From an uncultured Candidatus Saccharibacteria bacterium (GTDB lineage: Bacteria; Patescibacteriota; Dojkabacteria; SC72), in contig CAZULJ010000004.1 in assembly GCA_964621195.1 (NCBI GenBank), positions 16,620 through 80,619 on the forward strand: a stretch of DNA of 64,000 nucleotides, written 5' to 3'. This document shows, piece after piece, positions 10,116-19,380 of the stretch; the first letter of the stretch is position 1; each line of letters begins with the position of its first letter. Position numbers and translations under genes: made by a program. A model generated the notes under the pieces. The model did no database searches, was not told the DNA's origin, and was given only the letters and a program-made list of their open reading frames with translations.

Positions 10116-11126
10116 TTACAAATCTACAAAGTCCAGATAACCGATATGAAGCAGGGACTTACCTTTCTTACCGAAATTGACAAATACATACTCTGAGTCT
10201 CCCTGTATATCCTCAATCCTACCAATATATCCATAAGTGGAGGGAGCTCTTGATATTACATACTCGTTTATATATTTATCTACAAACCAATCTCTGTTCA
10301 CATCCTCGCTATTTGAAATAACGAAGAGTTGATTTTCGGTTCCATCTAATACTACCAAATGATCTTTCAAAGATATGAGCTTCTCGACAAAGAGTTGATC
10401 GCAATGGACGGAACCAAAGCCCCCTAGTACCGCAACTGGCAATCCAATACTTCGAAACTCCTTGTAAGAAATTGCATATGTTAGAATTGCCACAGCACCT
10501 CTTTCAAACAGCTCATAGGCTACCTGATCGTAAAGATATGGACCAACCCATACGATTTTGCCTGAATAGTCATTCTCCAAGATCTGTTCGGTAACAATAC
10601 TGTACCCGTCGGAGAGGATCTCTAGCTTACCAAAAAATTTACTCTCTGTTTTTGTAGTAGCGACAACATCAACACAGATAGAGTCTGCAGTGATAATTAT
10701 TCCATCATTTGGATTTACGGTATTTACGTAACCCTTGAAGTCACTCTCGAATACAACCCTACTCTCCTCTCCAAGCACATCCAAGTATCCCTTCTCCAAT
10801 CTAGACAGGTCTAAAATACCAGAGACAGGAGCAATAGCGTCTGTAATTGTTAAACCTCCAGTAGATATCCTTTGTGCTAAGGTTTCACCCTCCTCTACAT
10901 ACTCACCATCTATTCTTGTTATATATTTATATGAATCTTCCGCCTTACAACCAATAGCTTTCGGTAAATATACCGATTTCTTTATGCCACTAACCATACT
11001 CTCGAAGATCTTGTCCCCCTCCTTTATATAGCTTCCCTGTTTTACAGAGACTCTCTCCTTACCCGTAAGAGGTATACTAAATTTGTAATCCTTGTATTTT
11101 TCAAACAATCTACTCCTTATTTCCAT
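10116..11126 (-). CDS. Hypothetical protein with barrel-sandwich-hybrid-like repeats (partner of the GlmL-like gene)
   Basis: VKQGSYIKEGDKIF and DGEYVEEGETLA..APVSG repeats; ATG 11126 overlaps the upstream stop (ORF track starts at 11174). Confidence 0.6.
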   Translation of the reverse strand: MEIRSRLFEKYKDYKFSIPLTGKERVSVKQGSYIKEGDKIFESMVSGIKKSVYLPKAIGCKAEDSYKYITRIDGEYVEEGETLAQRISTGGLTITDAIAPVSGILDLSRLEKGYLDVLGEESRVVFESDFKGYVNTVNPNDGIIITADSICVDVVATTKTESKFFGKLEILSDGYSIVTEQILENDYSGKIVWVGPYLYDQVAYELFERGAVAILTYAISYKEFRSIGLPVAVLGGFGSVHCDQLFVEKLISLKDHLVVLDGTENQLFVISNSEDVNRDWFVDKYINEYVISRAPSTYGYIGRIEDIQGDSEYVFVNFGKKGKSLLHIGYLDFVDL

Positions 11127-12486
11127 TGTTCCATGTCTGCAATTTATCTTTGTTGTCTCTAGGTCTTGGTCCATATACTACTGGACGGATTCTACAATCT
11201 ACAACGAGGGAATCATACCTTAACCCTCCGTGTGTAGAGATAAATGAAATCTCTGTTGATGGGAAATGTGTAAATACTGCACCATTTTTCAATTCACCCT
11301 CGATAATTACCTTGTTTAATACTTTAGGGATAGAAAATATCTCAAAGTTAGGATTTAAAGCATAGATCTCCCTTTGCTCAAAATCTTGAGATACAATCTT
11401 TCCGGAAAACAGAATCTTGTTTCTACCTTTGGATTGATTAATCTCTGGTATTAGTAATTTGCTAGCACAGGGTAGAACATCTCCCTTAATAACCATTATT
11501 TCATCTGAATCGGATGCTAAAACAAGATTCCTACCATAACTAACTATTCTATGTTCGGGATCTACAAAAATATCAAATATACCTTCAAGCTCAAAACCAT
11601 CTATTATAGAGAGCAATAGCTCTCTCCTTTTAATAAGTTTTGGTAATTTACCAGTTATTACAATCGCAGAGTTTTTCCTTCCCATAGACTCAAACTTCTC
11701 TCTGTTGTTCTCCTTTATAGAAAGATTTTGTATTGTAAGGAAAGATCTCAATATATCTTCAATAATTGGGTCAGATATATAATCTGGTGTATTTACCACA
11801 AAGTTTGCCCATTTGTTTAATACTTCATCAGAACTAGATTCTATAGAAAGAAAGGCTTCAAGTTTTGAGTTCTTTACTGAATCTATTAAGGCAATCTCAC
11901 TACTCCAGTTCGTCTTACTGACTAAGAACTCACTACCCAATACCTTTTCCTTACTAAATATACCGGAAGAAGAAGTCTTCTCTTTCGCACGATATACTGT
12001 GAAGTGAGAGAGATCTAAATCTGTCCATATTAAATCCGTGTAGCCTAACCTAGTCCTTAACCCCTCTAGAAGATTTCTCATAAAAAGATCATCTACCACT
12101 CTTAGAGCAATATCCTTGGAGAAATCTTTTAAAGAAAGATATATCCTATTAAAGAATGGTTGATTATCATCTATTAAGACTTTTACACCATTTACACCTA
12201 CACCTTCATCATCGAAATCTTTTACCTTAAAAACTCCCTGCCAATTACGATCAACAAAGTTCCATTCGAAATTCTTCTCTAAGGAATCGAAGTACTCAGA
12301 CCAAAAAGCCTTGTTGAAGACAATATCATCCATTCTAAATTTTAAAGGTGAAAGATCTACAGTGTCCGAAAGCATATATGTCTTTTGTGCAGAGAAATCA
12401 GTATATGCTAGATTCGCAAAGATATGGTTATCTTTTATTAAAAGTGTTAAATATGCATTTTTTTTGAGAATGGGCAGAGTACTCAT
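11110..12486 (-). CDS. Divergent GlmL/MutL(glutamate mutase L)-like protein
   Basis: C-terminal LVVDCRIRPV...KLQTW resembles the IDARGRP...W end of the GlmL family; remainder highly divergent. Confidence 0.45.
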   Translation of the reverse strand: MSTLPILKKNAYLTLLIKDNHIFANLAYTDFSAQKTYMLSDTVDLSPLKFRMDDIVFNKAFWSEYFDSLEKNFEWNFVDRNWQGVFKVKDFDDEGVGVNGVKVLIDDNQPFFNRIYLSLKDFSKDIALRVVDDLFMRNLLEGLRTRLGYTDLIWTDLDLSHFTVYRAKEKTSSSGIFSKEKVLGSEFLVSKTNWSSEIALIDSVKNSKLEAFLSIESSSDEVLNKWANFVVNTPDYISDPIIEDILRSFLTIQNLSIKENNREKFESMGRKNSAIVITGKLPKLIKRRELLLSIIDGFELEGIFDIFVDPEHRIVSYGRNLVLASDSDEIMVIKGDVLPCASKLLIPEINQSKGRNKILFSGKIVSQDFEQREIYALNPNFEIFSIPKVLNKVIIEGELKNGAVFTHFPSTEISFISTHGGLRYDSLVVDCRIRPVVYGPRPRDNKDKLQTWNNGNKE

Positions 12487-12530
12487 TACGTAATCAGTTT
12501 ACCAGTTAAATGTATTTTTGGGAATTGAAC

Positions 12531-12558
12531 AAAGAAAAAGGGAGCTTTCGCTCCCTTT
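12531..12558 (-). terminator. Intrinsic terminator of rpsF-ssb-rpsR
   Basis: Minus strand AAAGGGAGC-GAAA-GCTCCCTTT-TTCTTT. Confidence 0.85.
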
Positions 12559-12579
12559 ACAAATTCATATCAAAAAGAG

Positions 12580-12924
12580 TTATGCCTCTCTTGCAACATA
12601 TGGTAACAATGCCATATATCGAGCCCTTTTAATTGCTCCCCTTAACTGTTTCTGATGCTTATGACAAGCTCCAGACTTTTCAGTAGCAATTATCTTTCCT
12701 CTTACAGATGTAAATTTCTTTAATTGATATACATCCTTGTATGAAACACTCTTAACGCCAGAATCACACAAAGGACATGAAAGATTTTGAATTATCTTTC
12801 TTCTTCTCCTTATCTTCTTCTTTCCACCATAGTTATCATCTGTTTCCTCCTCAGTTACACTCTTTTCATCAAAAACATCCTCTAGGGTGGGTGTACTTAT
12901 TTTTTTCTCTTCTATCTCACTCAT
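12580..12924 (-). CDS. rpsR: 30S ribosomal protein bS18 with acidic/basic N-terminal extension
   Basis: CPLC..SYKDV..LKKF..RGKI..CHKHQ..AIKRARYMALLPY; rpsF-ssb-rpsR order. Confidence 0.96.
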   Translation of the reverse strand: MSEIEEKKISTPTLEDVFDEKSVTEEETDDNYGGKKKIRRRRKIIQNLSCPLCDSGVKSVSYKDVYQLKKFTSVRGKIIATEKSGACHKHQKQLRGAIKRARYMALLPYVAREA

Positions 12925-12943
12925 TACTTACTTATCTCCAAAA

Positions 12944-13399
12944 TTAAAATGGTAAATCTGCATCTTCAAGAGGATCTTCATCTGAAGAACTCTCTTCAAC
13001 AGGCAATTCTTCTACTTGCTCTTCAGGACGTGGTGCTTCTGAAACTCCATTACCTTGCTTTCCCTTGTTGTCCAAAAGAATCATATCGTTAACTCTTACT
13101 TCTGTTTTGTATCTTGTAGATCCATCTTCAGCTTCCCATGACCTTGTTGTTAGTGAACCCTCGATATATACCTTCATTCCTTTAGCAAGTAATTGCTGAC
13201 AAATTTCTGCCATCTTGTTCCAAGCTACAATATTATGGAACTCTGCAACCTCTTTCATATTACCATCTTGGTCCTTCCAAGATTTGTTTGTTGCTAAACC
13301 AAAAGTTACAACAGGTGTACCACCAGTTGTATATCTAAGCTCAGGCTCTCTTGTTAAATTACCAATCAACTGAACTTTGTTTAAAGACCTCGCTGACAT
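12944..13399 (-). CDS. ssb: Single-stranded DNA-binding protein
   Basis: LNKVQLIGNLTREPELRYT, C-terminal DLPF. Confidence 0.98.
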   Translation of the reverse strand: MSARSLNKVQLIGNLTREPELRYTTGGTPVVTFGLATNKSWKDQDGNMKEVAEFHNIVAWNKMAEICQQLLAKGMKVYIEGSLTTRSWEAEDGSTRYKTEVRVNDMILLDNKGKQGNGVSEAPRPEEQVEELPVEESSSDEDPLEDADLPF

Positions 13400-13461
13400 T
13401 TTTGTATATTTATAAATTTAACTTACCTAATATTACCAGCCAAAAATAAAAGATTTCTGAA

Positions 13462-13794
13462 TTAAATCTCAATCTCCTTCTTCTTAATCCTTTTACCAAT
13501 CTCCTCTGGATGATCTGCCTCTACAATCATAAATCTTAAGATCTCTTGCCTTAATTGCAAAAGTCTTTTCATCTCGTTGATTATTGAAGGTGAAGATTTA
13601 AAGTTGTAAACAATATAGTAACCCTCGTTATGACCATTTATCTTGTAGGAAAGATATCTCTTACCCCAAACATCTACATCCAAAACCTCTCCATTTTCTT
13701 TCTCCATCATATCCATAAAATCCTTATGAATACTCTTCCTTAAATCGTCAGGAAGTAATGGCTTCAAAGCAACCATCATCTCATAGTTTCTCAT
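13462..13794 (-). CDS. rpsF: 30S ribosomal protein bS6
   Basis: MRNYE..WGKRYLSYKI..GYY..ILRF; alternative starts 13818/13821. Confidence 0.96.
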   Translation of the reverse strand: MRNYEMMVALKPLLPDDLRKSIHKDFMDMMEKENGEVLDVDVWGKRYLSYKINGHNEGYYIVYNFKSSPSIINEMKRLLQLRQEILRFMIVEADHPEEIGKRIKKKEIEI

Positions 13795-13890
13795 CTTTTT
13801 TACTCTATCTGTTGACATCAAAAAACAATCTATTAAATTAATATCAATGCGAATGGATTTTATCAGAAAAAATCCTAGATTACAATTATA

Positions 13891-15015
13891 TTAGCCATTT
13901 GCAAGGATGACAATATAGTCTCCATCCTGGACAATATATTCCTTACCATGATTTTTAACTAAACCCTTCTCCTTAGCACTATTCCACCCTCCCGAATCGA
14001 TCATAGCATCAACATTTACAACATCTGCAGTGATAAAATTTTTGCCTAAATCTGTATGAATAACTGATGCCGCACTTTTTACATTTGCACCACTCTCTAT
14101 GGTCCAAGCATTACACTCTTTTTTTGAACCAGTATAGAAGGTTAAGAGATTTAATCTTTTGTATGCATACTGTATTACATCTTCAACTGTAACTGGCTTA
14201 GAGCCTAATAACTCAACATACTCTTCAAGTTCACTTTCATCCATATTAGCAAGATCCGAAAGCAATTTTACATCTACTCTTATTACAAATTCCCTCTTTT
14301 CATCCTTAGATATCTCAGCTAGTTTATTCTCCCAAATTGAAATGCTTTCCTCATCTAACCCCTCCTTACAGTTCAGAAGAAAGAGTCGCTGCTTCGAGGT
14401 TAAGAGATACAAATCTCTAACAAAGTTAGATTCCTCCTCAGAAAATATTAAATCTATAACCGGAATCCCCTTATTAAGATTTTCAATAATTTTCTTTAAC
14501 ACATCTATTTGCATCTGTGTATCCCTCGTAATTCCTGATCTTGAGTTTCTAATAACAGAGTCTAACTTCTTCTCCACAACATCCAAATCCTTTAGTATAA
14601 GTTCTGATTGAACAATTTCAAAGTCCTCTACTGGATCTACACGATTGTATACATGCACTATTTCATTACTTGTGAATGCTCTTAGAACATAAATAATTAC
14701 ATCAACCTCTCTTATATGTGCGAGGAATTGATTACCAAGTCCCTCCCCTTTTGAGGCCCCCTTAACTAACCCTGCAATGTCAACGAAGGTCATCACAGAG
14801 GGAACTCTCTTCTCAGCCTTAAAAAAATCTACCATCTTATCCAATCTTGTATCAGGAATCTCTACAACACCAACATTTTTATCTATAGTACAAAATGGAA
14901 AGTTCTCTGCAGGTACGGACTTTTTAGTTAATGCATTAAATAGGGAAGATTTCCCAGCATTAGGTAGCCCCACTATTCCAAGTGACAAAGTATGTGATCT
15001 TACAACTTCTCCCAT
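13891..15015 (-). CDS. ychF: Redox-regulated ATPase YchF
   Basis: GIVGLPNAGKS, NFPFCTI, DIAGLVKGASKGEGLGNQFL, C-terminal TGS. Confidence 0.97.
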   Translation of the reverse strand: MGEVVRSHTLSLGIVGLPNAGKSSLFNALTKKSVPAENFPFCTIDKNVGVVEIPDTRLDKMVDFFKAEKRVPSVMTFVDIAGLVKGASKGEGLGNQFLAHIREVDVIIYVLRAFTSNEIVHVYNRVDPVEDFEIVQSELILKDLDVVEKKLDSVIRNSRSGITRDTQMQIDVLKKIIENLNKGIPVIDLIFSEEESNFVRDLYLLTSKQRLFLLNCKEGLDEESISIWENKLAEISKDEKREFVIRVDVKLLSDLANMDESELEEYVELLGSKPVTVEDVIQYAYKRLNLLTFYTGSKKECNAWTIESGANVKSAASVIHTDLGKNFITADVVNVDAMIDSGGWNSAKEKGLVKNHGKEYIVQDGDYIVILANG

Positions 15016-15097
15016 AAAATAAAGAAAAATATTAAACCCCCAATTATATCACCAAAAAGCTCTTTAAAAGATACTCTTTCTAAAGTAAGATATTCCC

Positions 15098-16936
15098 ATG
15101 AACAGGATAATACTAAAGTTGCTTCTCACATTAACGATTCTCTTTACCTGCGTTTATACTTTAAATGCAAGTGATTACGATTTCTCAATACAAAACAACA
15201 CCACAATTCAATACACAACAGGTGATGAATATGTCAGTGTTAAGACTGAGTATATACGTGAAGTAAAAAATAGTGACTTCTACTATTCCACACAGGGAGA
15301 GAAAATCTTTCACATACCAGATCTACCAAAGAGTAAGCAGTATGAGCTTGAATTAGAAAGACAATTTAAGAAAGACTCCTTAAAGGTAGTTGATAACAAT
15401 GGGAAAGCCATTCCCTTTACAGTAGAAGATCTTGAATATGGAAGCGGTATATATGTAAAAGTTCCAAACTATAGACAAACAACGTATGGAAACCCATACA
15501 AGATCTATGTTGAGTATAGGACTCACGATTTAGTAAAAAGAGTTTACGATCACGTAATACTTTTAGCACCAGCATTACATGAGGATACGGAATTCGAACA
15601 GATAGATAGTAATACAGGGACAAAGACCTCTTTTAGCTATGATTTGCATATAGTTACAGACAGTGATATTGCTCCTCTTTCAAATATTTATCCTAAAAGT
15701 TTTCAGGAAGAGACCAAAGATAGTAAAACCACATATACATTCGCATCAAAGGATAGGGTTGGGAACTCTCCTTCCTTAGAATTTGGGACGGACCAGATTT
15801 ACAGATTCGAGCTTAAGTACAACACACCTAAGACAGATAGCTTAATACCAGAGAAATATTCATCAGTATTTAATGCTCTTTCTACAAATATATATGAGAT
15901 ATCACTACCTAGAGAGTTTGCAGAGACAAATCAGAAGGTGAAAATAGAGGAGATATTACCTACTCCTTCTAAGATTTCCCAGGACCTTGAGGGCAATATA
16001 ATTGCAAGGTTTGAGGTCCCCGCAAACAAAAGTAGTGCAATCTTAATTACTGGATATATCTTTGTCCAACAAAGTGAGTATGATCAAAGGCCTTTAATTC
16101 CAAACCTAAGCATAGAGGAGTATGCCGAAATGGTAGAGAAGGATTCTAACCTAAACAAATATCTTACCTCCTCCAAATTCTGGGAATCTGACGATCCATA
16201 TATACAAGATGAGGCAAAAAAACTTGTAGAGAGTAGTAGCTCCTTTTTAAACTTAGTTGAAAATGATTACAGATATATAAATGATAGACTTGAGTACGAT
16301 GAGAGTAAGGCAAACAGTGACAATGAGAGAATAGGAGCAAGGGCAGCACTACAAGGTGGTGGTTCTGTTTGCATGGAGTATGCAGACTCAATGATTGCAA
16401 TACTTAGAGCGCAAGGGATTCCTGCCCGCGCTGCACTTGGATACTCTAATTTAAATGTATTAAGTAAGACAAACGAGGAAGGTAGTACTAGGCATCAATG
16501 GGTACAAGTATGGATACCCGATTACGGGTGGTTAAGCATTGATCCTACATATGAGAGCGAGAACATGCTTATTGGCCAAAATATTGAGAAAGTTCTTTGG
16601 GAGACATTCTACAATGAAGATCTTACAAATATTAAAATTTACTCTGCAGATAGTACTACCAATGAAGATTTTTCAGACTATTCTGTAAAAATATATGCCG
16701 TTTCTGAATCTCCTAATCTCGATACATTACTCGATTACTCGGATGTAAGGTCTGTGGAAGATACAAAAAATACACCAGAAGATACACTTAATACTTTTGT
16801 TAAAACAACAACAATTGGTAAATCGGTAGTTATCTTACTCCCAATATTAACAATACTAGGAATATTAATAGCCCTACTGTCATTAACTACATACATCTTC
16901 AGACAGATTAAAGCTCGTAAAGCTCATCAAGGTTAA
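15098..16936 (+). CDS. Exported transglutaminase-like protein with C-terminal membrane anchor
   Basis: Signal peptide; triad VCMEYA / HQWVQ / IDPT; C-terminal TM plus basic tail. Confidence 0.85.
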   Translation: MNRIILKLLLTLTILFTCVYTLNASDYDFSIQNNTTIQYTTGDEYVSVKTEYIREVKNSDFYYSTQGEKIFHIPDLPKSKQYELELERQFKKDSLKVVDNNGKAIPFTVEDLEYGSGIYVKVPNYRQTTYGNPYKIYVEYRTHDLVKRVYDHVILLAPALHEDTEFEQIDSNTGTKTSFSYDLHIVTDSDIAPLSNIYPKSFQEETKDSKTTYTFASKDRVGNSPSLEFGTDQIYRFELKYNTPKTDSLIPEKYSSVFNALSTNIYEISLPREFAETNQKVKIEEILPTPSKISQDLEGNIIARFEVPANKSSAILITGYIFVQQSEYDQRPLIPNLSIEEYAEMVEKDSNLNKYLTSSKFWESDDPYIQDEAKKLVESSSSFLNLVENDYRYINDRLEYDESKANSDNERIGARAALQGGGSVCMEYADSMIAILRAQGIPARAALGYSNLNVLSKTNEEGSTRHQWVQVWIPDYGWLSIDPTYESENMLIGQNIEKVLWETFYNEDLTNIKIYSADSTTNEDFSDYSVKIYAVSESPNLDTLLDYSDVRSVEDTKNTPEDTLNTFVKTTTIGKSVVILLPILTILGILIALLSLTTYIFRQIKARKAHQG

Positions 16937-18416
16937 CAGCCTTTTTACCCTCTTCCATTCTATCTTCAGTAGTAGCATACAAGGTCATAAGGATATCACC
17001 CTTCTTTATCTTCTCTCCAGGCATCTTGTATATATATATTCCTGCATTCTTTATCTTTGGAGTTCCAAGTGCTCTTGCAATCTCTACGATTTCCCTTGTC
17101 CACATATACTTTATTGTTCCCTCCCTATCTGATACAACATCATATGTTAACTCTCCAGCTTTTAAATCTTCAGCTTTTACAACCTGCTTGGCCCCTTGAG
17201 CCTTCGCTATATCCCAGAATTTCTTCAATGCTTTGCCAGTATCAAGTATCTCAAGAGCAATTTTTTTACCCTCACCCTTCTTTGCCTTACCATTGTGTTC
17301 AAATATTTCAGCAGCCATATCTAATACCGTCTCTTCCATACCAAGGGGGCGTTTCTCACTTCGCTCCAATATTCTAAGACAGTCCCTCATCTCAAGTACA
17401 GGTCCAACACCATTACCATCAGGACCTTTCACTACTCTCCTAAAGGTTACACACTTAATACCAAACTTATCAAAGAGTTTCTCAAATTCTCTCTCAAGAA
17501 ATTCTAGGTCATCTGGTCTCTCCAACTTTGTTCCCTTACCATATGGGAGATCTATAAGGACAGAGGTTACTCCCATTGCAATCTTTTTTGCAACGATACT
17601 CACCAAGACCTTTTGGAACTCCTGTATCTTTAAAGATCTTTCAACATTAATAATCTCATCATCTGCTGGAGCTAGATACAAAGATCCTCCCCATATCATA
17701 CAAGCACCCTCTTTCTCTACTACTTCGTACACTCTCTTTTTTGTTAGAGCTACTGGCATTACTGTCTCTAATATATCTGTCGTTCCAGCCGGAGAGGTTA
17801 TTGCTCTTGTGGAACTGTTGGGTATTACCAAACCGCTTGCTGCAAGTATAGGAACAAGTACAGGGGTAATACCTTTTCCAGCCGTACCACCGATAGAGTG
17901 CTTATCTACGACTAGATCCTTGTTCTTTTTTATATATTTGAAATCCAATATCTCTCCAGATTCGGCCATACCTTTGGTCATCCATTTGATTTCGTCGTCG
18001 CTAAAACCTGGATTAAAAAATGTTGAAACAAAAAATGCAACTTCTGTCTCCTTTAACTTTCTTGATCCAATATCTTCCATAATTGCAAGCAATTCCTCCT
18101 GGTTGAGCCTCTGTCCAGAGATCTTCTTCTTTATTGCCTCTAAGGACTTCCCAGGCTCTTGTATATCTACAAGGACCTTTGCACCGTTTGGTATATGATA
18201 TTCTTCAGGAATCTCCTCATACAGACCCACTTCCCCTATAGATACCTCGCTATCAGAAATTATAACTTTTACGTAAAGCTCAATGTCCTTGTAACCCAGT
18301 AAAACTATATCTCCTTCATGTATACCTAGGTCATCAGCATCACTTTGGTGAACAACAATGAAGAGATCTTTACCGGCTCCGAGATCAACTTTCTTACTCT
18401 TAAGATATAGCGCCAT
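16908..18416 (-). CDS. deoA: AMP phosphorylase (archaeal-type thymidine/AMP phosphorylase)
   Basis: N-terminal extra domain, DKHSIGG, SSTRAITSPAGTTD, SIVAKK, GNGVGPVLE. Confidence 0.9.
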   Translation of the reverse strand: MALYLKSKKVDLGAGKDLFIVVHQSDADDLGIHEGDIVLLGYKDIELYVKVIISDSEVSIGEVGLYEEIPEEYHIPNGAKVLVDIQEPGKSLEAIKKKISGQRLNQEELLAIMEDIGSRKLKETEVAFFVSTFFNPGFSDDEIKWMTKGMAESGEILDFKYIKKNKDLVVDKHSIGGTAGKGITPVLVPILAASGLVIPNSSTRAITSPAGTTDILETVMPVALTKKRVYEVVEKEGACMIWGGSLYLAPADDEIINVERSLKIQEFQKVLVSIVAKKIAMGVTSVLIDLPYGKGTKLERPDDLEFLEREFEKLFDKFGIKCVTFRRVVKGPDGNGVGPVLEMRDCLRILERSEKRPLGMEETVLDMAAEIFEHNGKAKKGEGKKIALEILDTGKALKKFWDIAKAQGAKQVVKAEDLKAGELTYDVVSDREGTIKYMWTREIVEIARALGTPKIKNAGIYIYKMPGEKIKKGDILMTLYATTEDRMEEGKKAVNLDELYEL

Positions 18417-18440
18417 TATAGTTAGTTATTTTAGTTTATT

Positions 18441-19379
18441 TCAAAAAAGCCAAGGGTACTTTGCTTTCACAACCTCAGCAATTTCTTTAGGTTTCAGTAT
18501 ACCAAATTCGGTCAAGATTCCAGTAATCAAAGAGTTATCTACTATCTCGAATGCAGGATTAAAAATCTTAAGCTCTTTAGGAGCGTCTTCCCATAACTCC
18601 CTACTCTCACGAACCTCAATCTTGAGTTCATCTCCCCCTATCTGAGGGTCTACCTTTAAAAGTGGTGAAACAACATACAATGGCTTACTTGCATGGTAAG
18701 CAGACATAGCAATACCCCAACTTCCAATCTTGTTAACACAGTAGCCCTTTGTAGTCAGTTGGTCACAGCCAATAAAGACTGCACCTATCGAAACAGAGCC
18801 TCTACCGATAACAAAAGACTCTGCAGCACTATCTGCAATCAAAGTAGTAGAAATACCTGCCTCCAAAAGACTTTTCGCAGTCTTATGCCCTTGAAAAAGA
18901 GGTCTTGTTTCAGTACAAACCGCATCAAATGAGTCTTTTCCTTGCGCAATCCCTTTTATTACAGAAACTGCCGTAGAAGAATGACAATGAGTTAATATAT
19001 TTTCTAAAAATCTTACCTGAGGTACACAGTAATCAATAATGGCTCTCTTTGTGTCAGCAATAAGGTATAGATAGTTGTCACAGTATTCCTCTAAACGCTG
19101 TTTCATACTATCCAAGGATGGTAAATCAGCATTCTTCGATTCATAAGTATGTTCTACAAAACGGACACCATTTTTAGCTAAAGGCTCATTTGATCTAGCA
19201 TTGGCCAACCTATTACCTACCTCAAGAAACTCTTTGTAAAACAGGCTAGAATCTCTGGTTTCGGACTCCTGTATATATGTCTTCATTCCTTCTAAGGTAG
19301 CAATAGCAACATTGGTTGCACCCTGAATGTTCAACTCTTTTATATCTTTTTCGATATCAAGTATCTTTTTGATCTCCAT
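18441..19379 (-). CDS. Ribose-1,5-bisphosphate isomerase (eIF2B family)
   Basis: IQGATNVA, LTHCHSS, TETRPLFQG, GCD, NKIGS, NPAFE; adjacent to AMP phosphorylase. Confidence 0.88.
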   Translation of the reverse strand: MEIKKILDIEKDIKELNIQGATNVAIATLEGMKTYIQESETRDSSLFYKEFLEVGNRLANARSNEPLAKNGVRFVEHTYESKNADLPSLDSMKQRLEEYCDNYLYLIADTKRAIIDYCVPQVRFLENILTHCHSSTAVSVIKGIAQGKDSFDAVCTETRPLFQGHKTAKSLLEAGISTTLIADSAAESFVIGRGSVSIGAVFIGCDQLTTKGYCVNKIGSWGIAMSAYHASKPLYVVSPLLKVDPQIGGDELKIEVRESRELWEDAPKELKIFNPAFEIVDNSLITGILTEFGILKPKEIAEVVKAKYPWLF

Positions 19380-19380
19380 A

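Noticed and set aside
17233-18198. 321-aa plus-strand ORF
   Set aside because: Antisense shadow of AMP phosphorylase; Ser/Ile/Phe-rich with no motifs. The same applies to the many other short antisense ORFs in the track.
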